A program made the translations under genes and the position numbers. A stretch of 64,000 nucleotides of DNA from Terriglobia bacterium (GTDB taxonomy: Bacteria; Acidobacteriota; Terriglobia; Bryobacterales; Bryobacteraceae): assembly GCA_963792065.1 (NCBI GenBank), contig CAWBUU010000001.1, positions 1,628,039 to 1,692,038 of the forward strand, given 5' to 3'. The stretch's first letter is position 1. The number at the start of each line of letters is the position of its first letter. The notes under the pieces were generated by a model that worked only from the letters and a program-made list of their open reading frames with translations, did not search any database and was not told where the DNA came from. Below, piece after piece: positions 45,389 to 55,029 of the stretch.

Positions 45389-46241
45389 TCCGGGACTCGA
45401 ACGAATCCAGCGCTGGATGCAGGCCTGCATCCTGGATCAAGGAACCGCCGAAGAAGCCATCGCATCCGCCGCCGCGCAAGCTGCGATTCCGGCCGCCGAG
45501 GCGCGCGAGGTGGTGCTGCCGTCGAAAACTCTGACCGCGCTCGAACGCCTGGACGTCTATCGCGACATGTACCTGCTGCGGATGGAAGAGGCGCTGTCGA
45601 TCGACTATCCGTCGCTCAAGCATTTTCTGGGAGAGGACGGTTTCATGCAACTGGTGGCGCGATACGTTGAGGTGTATCCGTCGCGCAGCTACACGCTGAA
45701 CCGGCTGGGCGATCATTTTCCCGAGTTCGTCGCGACGATCGAAGATCTGCCGCGCAAGGATTTTTGCGCACGATCTGGCGCGACTCGAATATGCGTTGAC
45801 CTGTGTGTTCGATGCCGCCGAGACGCCGTCGTTGACCGCCGATGCAAGTGCAGGCCGTGCCGCCGGAAGCGTGGGAGACGGCGCGTCTGAAACCGATCGA
45901 AGCGTTCCGCGTGATGGAGTTCCGCTATCCGGTGAGCCGCTACGTGGGCGCTGTGGACGAAGAGAATCCGTTTCCGCGATTGGCGCGCAAGAAGACCTGG
46001 GTGGTGGCCTACCGCTATCAATACAGTTGTCATCGCATGGATCTGACGCAGCCGGCGTATGAGCTGCTGTCGGCGCTGGCGGCCGGGCAGACGGTGGGCG
46101 ACGCGATCGTTTCGGTTCTCACGCGCAAGTGGCGGCCTGCGGTGAAGCAGGATCAGTTATTCGAATGGTTCCGCGACTGGATGGCGGAGGGATTCTTCCA
46201 GGCCGTCGAACTCGCCGAGCCGGTCGCAGGAAGCACAGTGA
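45378..46241 (+). CDS. DUF2063-type putative DNA-binding-fold protein (MNIO partner, BufC/HvfC-like), frame-disrupted
   Basis: Its start overlaps the MNIO stop by 11 bp. LERLDVYRDMYLLRMEEALSIDYPSL, NRLGDHFPEF and LARLEYAL (my translation). The C-terminal part lies in ORF 45842..46441. Confidence 0.65.
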
Positions 46242-46631
46242 TTTTCGCGAGCAGTCTTCGCGTTGCTGCTCGCCGCTCTTCCGGCGTTCCCGCATCACTC
46301 GTTCGCGGCCGAGTTCGACGCTCAAGCACGCCGATCACAATGGCCGGAACCGTGGCGCGATTCGAGTGGACGCAATCCGCACGCCTACCTTTATATAGAG
46401 GTGAAGGACGAGAAGGGCAAGATCGCGAACTGGCAGTTTGAAATGGGCAGCCCGAACGCTCTGCTGCGATGCGGCTGGACGCGGAGATCGTTGCGCGCGG
46501 GAGACAGAATCGCCGTCACAGGCTATCGGTCGAAGGACGGCGGCGATCGTGCGTATGCGGTTGGAGTGAAGCGGAGCGACGGACGAACGATCTACTCGCG
46601 TCCGTCGGGCAACGGTGAGTCCCCTCGCTGA
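46238..46631 (+). CDS. DUF6152-like small secreted protein with predicted mature N-terminus HHSF, frame-disrupted
   Basis: FSRAVFALLLAALPAFP / HHSFAAEFDA, NPHAYLYIEVKDEKGKIANWQFEMGSPNALLRCGWTRRSLRAGDRIAVTGYRSKDG. The GTG at 46238 comes into frame only if the T4 run at 46242-46245 is one base short. Confidence 0.55.
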
Positions 46632-46664
46632 GAGTCCAGTCCTCAAATAGGCGATCCTGATTAC

Positions 46665-48272
46665 ATGTCATCGAGTTTTATTCGCCAGGTGGTTTGCATG
46701 ACAGCCTTGGCGATGTCGGTCGGATTCTTAAGGGGAGACAAGATGCCCCCACCCGCCGTAGAGCCGCGTAGTTTGGTGAATGCCGCCAGTCTCATGCCAG
46801 CGACGGCCATGGCCGGTTCTCTCGGCCGCGGCTCACGATTCGAGGTTCGCGGCGTGAGGTTCTCGGACGACGTCGACGTTGTGGTTCGGCAGGGGAATCA
46901 GTCCTGGAAAGCTTCGCTTGTATCGACGAGCGCAGAACGTATCGTGGGGATTCTGCCAACCGGCGCCGCTGCGGGTGAGGCCACGGTGGAAATTTCGCGC
47001 GATGGGAGTAGCAGCCGGCCGTATCCGATTCGCATTGTCGAGAGTAGCTTCGGCATCTACTCGGCGACCGGCAAAGGATGGGGGCCTGCTTCCGAACGAG
47101 ACACAGGCACGCCGCTGCCGCAATTCCATCCGGGCGATGCGGTCGCATTTTGGGGAACCGGCGGAGGATCCGCCTCCTCGGGGCGCCTGACGGTCGGCGG
47201 AGTGCCGGCCACTCGCGTCGTGCTCTCGCGATCCGAGCGCGGCCTTGGCCGGTTGGACTTCACGATTCCTAAAAACGCGCCAATCGGATGCGCAGTGCCG
47301 GTACAGGCGATCGTCGCGGGAATCCCCGGGAACGTGGTCACGTTGTCGATTGCCAGGCAGGGCGAAGATTGCTCGGCTGCTGAGCCGTGGTTTGCCCGAA
47401 CGCGCGGGGAAGGAAAATCGGCATGGATCGTGCTGATGCGATCCAAGGTCCAGCTCGAACTGGTGCCCGGCGAGCGGGCCGATTTCGGCATCGATAGCGC
47501 GATGGCGAGTTTCTATCGTGAACCGGAGCGCGATTTGTCGAAGCTGACGCCGTTCGAACTGATTCCGCCGGTGGGGACGTGCACGTCCTACGTCGCGCAT
47601 CTGGATCTGAACTCGCTGCTGCTTCCTTCGCTGGTTCGCCAAACGGTCGCGGGCCGGGATTTGGACTTAGGTCCCAAGGTTGCCGCCGAGACTCGCACCG
47701 CGCAGAGCCTGGATGCGGGCGCGGCTTTCTCGTTGAGCGGACCGAACGGGACGCAGCAAGTGGAGCGCTCCATTCATCCGCCGCATGTCTACACCGCTCT
47801 ACTGGGCGGGAATCCGCCGTTCACGCGAATCGAACCCAAGCCGATGTTCCTTTCGCCGGGAGAATACGTCGCACACATCACGGGGGGATCGGACATTGGG
47901 GCCTTCGATGCGCGCATTCATGTCGGTAAGACGATCGAGTGGACGAACGAGAAAGCCGTCTCGGAACTTCGCCGCAGACCAGGGTCTCACGGTGCGATGG
48001 CGCGCGGCGGAAAAGGACATGCTAGTTCCGGTGGCGGCCATCAATGTCGATCGCACCACCAGCACGGCGGGAGTGGCTGTTTGCCTGGCGCGTGCCGCCG
48101 ATGGCGAAATGAAGCTGCCCGCGGACATGCTCGCGAACCTGCCGCCCACCGGCGACTTGAATTCCGACTTCGCGCTCGGCTTCGTCGCCATCGGCTCGGC
48201 TCCAGCAAAAGAGCCCGAGCCGATTCGAGCAAGCTCGATCCAGTCGGGCTCTCGCGCTGTTCGTTTCGATGA
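46665..48272 (+). CDS. Secreted hypothetical protein with an N-terminal TIGR03437-like Ig module; frame break near 47950 and 3' end uncertain
   Basis: LVNAASLMPATAMAGSLGRGSRFEVRGVRF, PIRIVESSFGIYS and GDAVAFWGTG. The sequence continues sensibly in ORF 47785.. (GLTVRWRAAEKDMLVPVAAINVD...). Confidence 0.5.
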   Translation: MSSSFIRQVVCMTALAMSVGFLRGDKMPPPAVEPRSLVNAASLMPATAMAGSLGRGSRFEVRGVRFSDDVDVVVRQGNQSWKASLVSTSAERIVGILPTGAAAGEATVEISRDGSSSRPYPIRIVESSFGIYSATGKGWGPASERDTGTPLPQFHPGDAVAFWGTGGGSASSGRLTVGGVPATRVVLSRSERGLGRLDFTIPKNAPIGCAVPVQAIVAGIPGNVVTLSIARQGEDCSAAEPWFARTRGEGKSAWIVLMRSKVQLELVPGERADFGIDSAMASFYREPERDLSKLTPFELIPPVGTCTSYVAHLDLNSLLLPSLVRQTVAGRDLDLGPKVAAETRTAQSLDAGAAFSLSGPNGTQQVERSIHPPHVYTALLGGNPPFTRIEPKPMFLSPGEYVAHITGGSDIGAFDARIHVGKTIEWTNEKAVSELRRRPGSHGAMARGGKGHASSGGGHQCRSHHQHGGSGCLPGACRRWRNEAARGHAREPAAHRRLEFRLRARLRRHRLGSSKRARADSSKLDPVGLSRCSFR

Positions 48273-48294
48273 CTGGTCGAACCGTGCTCTTCCG

Positions 48295-51200
48295 TTAAGG
48301 AGCTGGAGCGATGTACGCCGTCAGGTTGCCCTGCGAAGAGGCGCCGGCAATCTTTACGACCACTTTCTTGTTACCGGCTTCGGTGATTCCTTGCGGGATC
48401 ACCACGTTGATCTGGAAAACGCCGGCCACCACTCCCGGCACTCCTCCCGCATAGCGAACGTCGGTTGCCGGTTTATCATCGATCGTGATGCTGAGCGGCA
48501 GGGAGATCTGCGGAAATGGATCGGCGGCGATCTTCCCATTCACGCCCGCCGGATTCGTCTGGCCTTCGCCAGTTCCATAAAGCACGAGAATCTCGTCGGG
48601 ATGCGCAGGATTGGAAGCTCCGTTGACGGTTCCATCCTGGTTGTAGATGGCGCCCTGTCCGGTTCCATCCTGGCTGATGGAAAACAGGCCGGGGGCAGCC
48701 TGCGCCACGCTGAGGGTCAGGGGCGCGGATTGCACTCCGTTCACGTCCACGACGACCTGCGTGGAATTCTTGCTGGCGACCTCATACGGTACGATCGCGC
48801 TCAATTGCTTGTCGGACGCGTACACGAGCGGCGCCGCTACGCCGTCGAACAGCAGCTTTGCGCCGCCGGCCGAAGTTTGCAGTGTATTGCCGGGACCGCT
48901 AAAGTCGGCGAGCACGAGCGTCGCGGGACCGAGGCCTTTTCCGAAGAGCGTGACCACCTCTCCCGCGGCAATGGATGCATTCGCATAGCTGGCCCCGTTC
49001 AGCACCGAGTCGATGCGGATTGGCGATTCCAGGCCGGGAAGCCCGGTGATCTTGGCGACAAAGGCATCGCCAAATGGTTCGGCGTACTGGCCGGCTCCCG
49101 CGAAGGTCTTTTGCGCCGCGGATGCGCTGATCGGAAAATTCGTGGAGAGCGCCGCTCCGGTCAGGTACACGTTTCCGGTGGCGTCGATGGCGATGCCGGC
49201 AGCGGTGTCGTCCTTCGCGCCGCCAATGTAGCTCGAGTACAACAGCGAGTCTCCGGCCGGGCTGAGCTTCACCAAAATTCCATCGCCGATCGGCTGCGAC
49301 TGCCCGCCAGCGCCGCCAAACGTCTTCTGCAGGGCCGTGTCGGTCACCGGAAAGTCGGTTGAATTCGACTGGCCTGCGATGTATACGAAGCCTGCATCGT
49401 CGACGCGGATGCCCCAGCCGGCGTCATCGCCTGAGCCGCCCAGATACGTGGAATACACCAGGTTCGATCCCGCAGGGTTGAGCTTCGCCACGAACGCATC
49501 GCCATAGAAGAAGGTCGACTGCAACGAGGTCGAGGTGGGATTGGCCGGGCCTTTGTATGTCTTCTGGATGGCCGTCGAGGACACGGGAAAGTTCAACGAC
49601 GAAGTCGTGCCGGTGGCGTAGACTGCGCCGGTCTTGTCGACCGCGATGGAAAAGACGCCGTCATCACGGCTGCCTCCGAGCAGCGTCGAGTAGATCAGCG
49701 TTGTACCGGCCGCGCTGATTTTCGAAACGAACCCATCGCCGAGCTTGAATCCCGGCTGGAAGTTATCGTCCGCCTCGCCCGCGTGAGTTGTCTGATATGC
49801 GCCGGTGGTGGTTGGGAAATCGCTCGACAAAGTGCTGCCGGCTACGAAAACGTTGTTGGTGGAATCGAGCGCGATCGTGGTGGGGATGTCGTCCTTCGCG
49901 CCTCCCAGATACGTAGCCCAGGTCAGCGCCGAACCAGCCGGATTCATTTTGGCGACGAAGCCATCGCCGCCGTTGAACAATGACGTTCTGGGATCTAATA
50001 GGGGCATGCCGCCTCCGCCACGGAAATTCGTTTGCAGCGCGCCCTGCGAGACCGGGAAATTCGTAGACAGCGTTATGCCTGCGACGTATGCGCTACCGGT
50101 CGAATCCACCGCGATCGCCACGCCCCACTCATCCTGGGAGCCGCCGAGATAACTCGAGTAAGTCAGCGCGGTGCCTTGCGCGTTGAGTTTCGTAACAAAG
50201 GCATCGCCACCGGGCTGAAGCTGATTGCCGCCCTTGCCTTGGAATGTGGTGCGGGACGCTCCGGCGGTGGTGGGAAAATCGGGCGAGTTGGTGAACCCGG
50301 TGACGTAAGCGTTGTTGTTCGCATCCAGAGCCAGCGCGAGTCCGGCGTCGTCGGCTGAACCGCCGAGATAAGTCAGGTAGATCAGGCTGCTGCCCGAGGC
50401 GTTGAGTTTAGCGACAAATGCGTCGCCCGAGAAGAAGTCCCCGCTCTCGCCGCCGTAGCCGGTCTGGATGCTCGACCCGGTGACCGGCAGATTGCGCGAT
50501 GTGGTTGCACCCGCGATGTAGACGTTTCCGATGGAGTCGACCGCGATGGATCGCGACGAATCGTTTACGGCGCCGCCGATGTACGTTGAGTAGCTGAGAA
50601 CCGGGTCGATCACCAGGGGCCGCGTCCGATCATAGCGCGCCACTGCGAATCCGACGCGATTGCGTCCGATCATCTTATAGGAGCCGTGAATCTCAGTGCG
50701 AACGCCTCCGTTGTCCTGATATACGACCGGCTCCAGCCAACGGATTTCGCCCGCGCTGGTGGCGATGACCAGATCGCCGGCCTTGTTGAGCCGCGTGCGG
50801 TCGGCGCCTTCGAGTTGGAATTGAATGCGCGACGGGTCCGCGCCGGGTTGCAACACAAAATCATATTCGAGCTGGCGGTTTTTGCCGTAGAACACCAGGT
50901 CGATGCCAGGCCAAACCGACCGGTAGGAGACCCGAGCGAAGGCTGGAACGTCGATTAACCAGCGGCTGCTATCCTGGCCGCGAAGATAGTTGGTGGCGCC
51001 GGAAAGCCGTTCAGAGGGAGCGAGAGTGCTCTTCGGGTTCGACTTGATAAAGCGGGTCCGCACGCGCGCGCCGGCGCCGGACTTCGATCCTTGCAGTTCC
51101 AGGATGCTGCCCTGCTGATCCAAAGCAATGGCATAGCCAAGGCCGCGTGCAATATAAGGCGCCGCGCCCGGTGCCTGTCCTCGATTCTCCTCAAAGCGGA

Positions 51201-51315
51201 GTGGAAGGCCGTCCAACCTCTGGTCCACAGGAGCGGGCGTCGCAGCCCAGATTGATCCGAGGAAGGCGAGGGCTGTCAGAGATAATGGGAAGAGTTCCCT
51301 ACGGCAAAGAAGCAT
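48295..51315 (-). CDS. Large secreted SBBP beta-propeller-repeat protein with a C-terminal TIGR03437-type domain (intact 1006 aa)
   Basis: Many repeats of the pattern YSTYLGGSxxDxGxxIAVDxxGNxYVxGxTxSxDFPxT. The C-terminal part reads VLNGASYANASIAAGEVVTLFGKGL...YAGGVPGVVAGVFQINVVIP. Confidence 0.8.
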   Translation of the reverse strand: MLLCRRELFPLSLTALAFLGSIWAATPAPVDQRLDGLPLRFEENRGQAPGAAPYIARGLGYAIALDQQGSILELQGSKSGAGARVRTRFIKSNPKSTLAPSERLSGATNYLRGQDSSRWLIDVPAFARVSYRSVWPGIDLVFYGKNRQLEYDFVLQPGADPSRIQFQLEGADRTRLNKAGDLVIATSAGEIRWLEPVVYQDNGGVRTEIHGSYKMIGRNRVGFAVARYDRTRPLVIDPVLSYSTYIGGAVNDSSRSIAVDSIGNVYIAGATTSRNLPVTGSSIQTGYGGESGDFFSGDAFVAKLNASGSSLIYLTYLGGSADDAGLALALDANNNAYVTGFTNSPDFPTTAGASRTTFQGKGGNQLQPGGDAFVTKLNAQGTALTYSSYLGGSQDEWGVAIAVDSTGSAYVAGITLSTNFPVSQGALQTNFRGGGGMPLLDPRTSLFNGGDGFVAKMNPAGSALTWATYLGGAKDDIPTTIALDSTNNVFVAGSTLSSDFPTTTGAYQTTHAGEADDNFQPGFKLGDGFVSKISAAGTTLIYSTLLGGSRDDGVFSIAVDKTGAVYATGTTSSLNFPVSSTAIQKTYKGPANPTSTSLQSTFFYGDAFVAKLNPAGSNLVYSTYLGGSGDDAGWGIRVDDAGFVYIAGQSNSTDFPVTDTALQKTFGGAGGQSQPIGDGILVKLSPAGDSLLYSSYIGGAKDDTAAGIAIDATGNVYLTGAALSTNFPISASAAQKTFAGAGQYAEPFGDAFVAKITGLPGLESPIRIDSVLNGASYANASIAAGEVVTLFGKGLGPATLVLADFSGPGNTLQTSAGGAKLLFDGVAAPLVYASDKQLSAIVPYEVASKNSTQVVVDVNGVQSAPLTLSVAQAAPGLFSISQDGTGQGAIYNQDGTVNGASNPAHPDEILVLYGTGEGQTNPAGVNGKIAADPFPQISLPLSITIDDKPATDVRYAGGVPGVVAGVFQINVVIPQGITEAGNKKVVVKIAGASSQGNLTAYIAPAP

Positions 51316-52144
51316 GTTCTCTAACCTTAACAGAACGCTGGTTGTCCTCGGAGGAGGAATCTTACTGGCAAACTGTGGGGAAGCTCAGAGGATGACGGTC
51401 AATTATGAGCAGGGTCTCCGAATGGACATCTATAGCCCTGGTACAACAGCTCACAGGACCTTCCCGGCGTTGATCTTCGCGCATGGTGGAAGCTGGGTGG
51501 GCGGGGATTTCCGGAGCGGCTTGGATTTACCGTTAGATCTTGCTACCCGCGCCGGAATGGTTATGTTCAGCATCGAGTATCGGTTGGGGCCGCAGCATCC
51601 CTTCCCCGCCGCGCTCGAGGATGTGGAGCGAGCCGTTGCTTTCGTACGTGCGCATGCGGCCGAATATCATGTAGACCCGGATCGGATCGTGTTGGCGGGA
51701 GAATCGGCGGGAGGCAACCTGGTTTCGCTGGCAGCAGTTCGCGACAACAAGAAGCTCAAAGCGGGTGGCGTTCTCGGATTGGGTGCGCCCCAAGATCTGT
51801 TGGGCTTGAGCGAGTGGCTGCGCGGGTTGGGAGTCCTGCCGCCGGAAGTATCGGCCTACTTGGGCGTACGCTCGTGGAACGCGGAATCGGAAAAGAGAAT
51901 GCGCCTGGCGTCGCCGCTTTACCAGGCGGGAAGCAATGCTCCCGATTTTCTGCTGGTGCATGGGAAGTCGGATACCCTAGTGGCTCCGGAACAGGCCACA
52001 GCAATGTGCCGCGTGCTGCGAAACTGCGAGGTAATGCTGGTGGACGGCGACCATGCCGCCTCGTCCTGGAGCGTTTCCAGCCATGAACTCGACTACATTG
52101 TCGAGTGGTTGAAGACGCGCAAAACTGCAGGGGCCAACAACTAG
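51314..52144 (+). CDS. Alpha/beta-hydrolase fold-3 esterase/lipase (HSL-like); an alternative start is the ATG at 51392
   Basis: ALIFAHGGSWVGGD (HGG oxyanion motif) and VLAGESAGGNLV (GxSxG motif). Intact ORF. Confidence 0.75.
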   Translation: MFSNLNRTLVVLGGGILLANCGEAQRMTVNYEQGLRMDIYSPGTTAHRTFPALIFAHGGSWVGGDFRSGLDLPLDLATRAGMVMFSIEYRLGPQHPFPAALEDVERAVAFVRAHAAEYHVDPDRIVLAGESAGGNLVSLAAVRDNKKLKAGGVLGLGAPQDLLGLSEWLRGLGVLPPEVSAYLGVRSWNAESEKRMRLASPLYQAGSNAPDFLLVHGKSDTLVAPEQATAMCRVLRNCEVMLVDGDHAASSWSVSSHELDYIVEWLKTRKTAGANN

Positions 52145-52146
52145 GT

Positions 52147-54609
52147 CTAGTGGTTGGGTTGCTCGCCGATCCAGACGTAAGCGCCCGGAGGGCTGGTGGC
52201 GCCGCCGGCTGAAATCTGGAGGAAGTTCGGTCCCGGTTTCACGCCCGGCGGAACGCGAATGTTCCACTGCTGCGCGGACTCGGCGTAACCCGGCAGATTG
52301 CCGTAATACAAGAAGTCGGTCACCGGTTCGCCGCCGATGGTGGCGGATATCGGCCCAACCGGTTTCGGATATGGGGCGCTGATGGTGGTGCGACCCTCGG
52401 TGCGCGGGATGTCAGTGGGGCCGCCGTAATTTCCGAACAACACAACGACGTCGCCCGGCTTGGCGCGATTCGTCGGGCTGTTGAACGATCCGTCGGAGTT
52501 CAGACAGGCGCAGGCGCCGCCACCGGATCCGTCGGCGCTGACGATGGCGATCGACGACGGCGCCAAGGGTAGATTGATGACCGGCGAAGCCTCGCCCTTG
52601 TAAACTACCTTGACTGGCACGGTGGTTTTGCCTTCGAGCGATTTGGGCGCAATTCCGGTGATCTGATTCTTGGTGACGAAAAGCAGAGCGGCCGGATCGT
52701 TTCCGAAGAACACCTGCGTGTCGGCCACAGTGGTGGCCAGGATGCCGTTGGCATCGATAGTGGACGCGACGAAATCCTTCGGCTGGGCATAGGCGTTCGG
52801 GAAGATGGAGAAGATCTGGCCGGGCGAGGCGCGGCCGCCAGTGTAGTCGGACACGTCAGTGTAGTCTTCCTTGATGATCACGGGCGTGGTGGGCGAAAAC
52901 ACGGTCACTGGAATCGTCGTTGAATAGAGCAGGGTGTTGGCGTTCGAGACAATCGAAAGATTGACCTCGCTGCTGCCCGGCGTGGCCTTGGGCCGGAGAT
53001 CCAGTCCCGCTCGCGAGGCGTCTGAACCCGAATCCACCGCACGTCCGAGCTGCTCCGCAGTCGTGACGCCTATCTCCCGATTGTCTGGTGTACTCAGTTT
53101 CCCATCCGCCGCAAGCGCAGTAAGGTAGTTGGTGATCAACCTTCCCTGGGTGACCCTGAGTTCTGAATTGGTGGATGACGATTGCACGGACGCGTCTTGG
53201 ATTCGGGTGATCGTTGAGGCAGTGGAGCTAAAGGTGATGCCGCTGCCGCCGGAACACGAATTCTGCAGCGGGTCATTGAAGATGCTGCGGGATCCCGGTC
53301 CCAGGTAACACGGGTTCTTCTCCTGCGTCACGAAAAGGTTGCTTACGGGCGGAGGCGAATCCGGGAATGGGAGATCCGCGCAGGGGAGAATTCCTCCCAA
53401 GACCAGCGTTCGAACGTTACTGTCGGCGAAAGCGGGAACAGGGAATACTTGAGTGCCATCATGAACGTTCGTGAAGCCCATCTGAACGTTGATGTTGGCG
53501 CCTTTGAAGTTTCCCGGTAGAGGTGCATAGGAGGCGTACACACCCGCGGAAAATGTTTGAAGAGTTGCCGGGTCAGCTTTTTGTACCTCCCAAACGGCCA
53601 CGGCCGTGCCGTTAGTGACGGGGATCTGCGTCAGCGTGTCGACCGTGGCCCCAGGCGGCGCGGGGGGAAAGACGAGGTTCGCGGCGCCTCCATTCGGATC
53701 CGTCGCCAGTGCGTTCACATACAGCGAGACATCCGCCGGCACATTTTGAAAGTGTGCTTGCAGGTTGGTCCCTTGGTTGGTCACGACGCCTGGTAGACCC
53801 GCATCGAAGTTACCCTCCGACAGAGGCGGCGTTCCGAGAACTGGTGTGCTGCGACTCTTGAACGCGGTTGGAAAATTCTCGGTGTAGCGAAGCGTGCCAA
53901 GAAGCGATTTGGGATCGGGCGGAGTGTGGTTCTCGCAAGCGCCGAGCACCGTGCCGTTGGCGACGTGGAACGCCAGCCCATCTTGTACAAGGGCTAAGGT
54001 CTGTCTCGGATTGGTGATCTGGACCGGGGTTGGAGGCGATGTCGAGTTGATGACGCTAGTCATAGAAACGGTAGCGGTGACTGGCGCCTTTGGGTCGCCG
54101 GTGCTGGCCGCCAATTGACTCGCGTTGACGCGAATGTTGGTGAAGCGTAGTAGCGTCTTCGCTCCGCCCTCGATGGGCACGCCGTTAAAGGATACGCCAT
54201 TCGGTCCCACCGAGATTCCGAAGAATGCGTTGTAGGTAGCGTCGACGTCGATCGGTGCGCTGAGAGCGAGGCCTGGACTGGTGGGAGCCACTTTGACCTG
54301 GGCGGGTTCATCGATGGTCAGCAGCGCTTCGTTGAACACGCCGTCAGACAACAACCGGCTCGTTACCGCCGTGTTCAGGAAAATCGTGACGTTGGCGGTT
54401 GGGCGGGGTTGGCCCGGTGGTGTCGGCGTGCCGCCGGTGCAATTCAGGACTACGTCCCCGACCAGTTCAGTGATCCCTTCGACGCGCACGGTCAGCGGGT
54501 CGCCGGCGTTGGCGATGCACGTGAATGGCTGATCAGTCGTTTGGGCCAACAAGGTGGGGGCGAAGGCGGCCAGCACCATCGCGAAGAACGGAACACGGAG
54601 CCGCAACAT
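52147..54609 (-). CDS. Large secreted hypothetical protein (820 aa) with a TIGR03437-like C-terminal module
   Basis: Signal MLRLRVPFFAMVLAAFAPTLLAQT. C-terminal IAIVSADGSGG...PGDVVVLFGNYGG...YYGNLPGYAESAQQWNIRVP. Confidence 0.65.
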   Translation of the reverse strand: MLRLRVPFFAMVLAAFAPTLLAQTTDQPFTCIANAGDPLTVRVEGITELVGDVVLNCTGGTPTPPGQPRPTANVTIFLNTAVTSRLLSDGVFNEALLTIDEPAQVKVAPTSPGLALSAPIDVDATYNAFFGISVGPNGVSFNGVPIEGGAKTLLRFTNIRVNASQLAASTGDPKAPVTATVSMTSVINSTSPPTPVQITNPRQTLALVQDGLAFHVANGTVLGACENHTPPDPKSLLGTLRYTENFPTAFKSRSTPVLGTPPLSEGNFDAGLPGVVTNQGTNLQAHFQNVPADVSLYVNALATDPNGGAANLVFPPAPPGATVDTLTQIPVTNGTAVAVWEVQKADPATLQTFSAGVYASYAPLPGNFKGANINVQMGFTNVHDGTQVFPVPAFADSNVRTLVLGGILPCADLPFPDSPPPVSNLFVTQEKNPCYLGPGSRSIFNDPLQNSCSGGSGITFSSTASTITRIQDASVQSSSTNSELRVTQGRLITNYLTALAADGKLSTPDNREIGVTTAEQLGRAVDSGSDASRAGLDLRPKATPGSSEVNLSIVSNANTLLYSTTIPVTVFSPTTPVIIKEDYTDVSDYTGGRASPGQIFSIFPNAYAQPKDFVASTIDANGILATTVADTQVFFGNDPAALLFVTKNQITGIAPKSLEGKTTVPVKVVYKGEASPVINLPLAPSSIAIVSADGSGGGACACLNSDGSFNSPTNRAKPGDVVVLFGNYGGPTDIPRTEGRTTISAPYPKPVGPISATIGGEPVTDFLYYGNLPGYAESAQQWNIRVPPGVKPGPNFLQISAGGATSPPGAYVWIGEQPNH

Positions 54610-54717
54610 AAAAGAATCCTCCTCGAACTCACGCTCACGCCAATCCTCAGATTATAAAGGAAGATTAATCAGGACGCGAACGAGGCATAGACTGGTAGTA
54701 GAAGGGCTTGAAACACT

Positions 54718-54861
54718 ATGGACGCGCGGAAGACCGATCCGAAGGAGACTGATGAGGTGGCGCCGGACAAGGGCAAGCGGGAAGATGAGGTGGACGAGGC
54801 TGGGAAGGAGTCATTTCCAGCGAGCGATCCACCGGCGTGGAACGCGGCCATTGCGCACTAG
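54718..54861 (+). CDS. Small acidic protein (47 aa) with an ESFPASDPP motif
   Basis: My translation is MDARKTDPKETDEVAPDKGKREDEVDEAGKESFPASDPPAWNAAIAH. It is below the ORF-track size cut-off. From memory the ESFPASDPP motif recurs in small bacterial proteins. Confidence 0.5.
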   Translation: MDARKTDPKETDEVAPDKGKREDEVDEAGKESFPASDPPAWNAAIAH

Positions 54862-54938
54862 CGGCGGCGGGCAGAGTTTTCGGTGGCGCGCGAGGGCGAG
54901 TGCGCTAAACTCGTGTTGAAGAGTCTCGCACCTGGCGC

Positions 54939-55015
<77 letters not shown>

Positions 55016-55029
55016 AATTCTTCTCTTAG

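Noticed and set aside
51313-51316. The start codons of the 1006 aa SBBP gene (-) and the esterase (+) overlap back-to-back (CATG).
   Set aside because: This is probably just an over-extended esterase ORF. The internal ATG at 51392 (MTVNYEQGLRMDIYSP...) fits the usual start of fold-3 esterases and leaves a normal divergent spacer.
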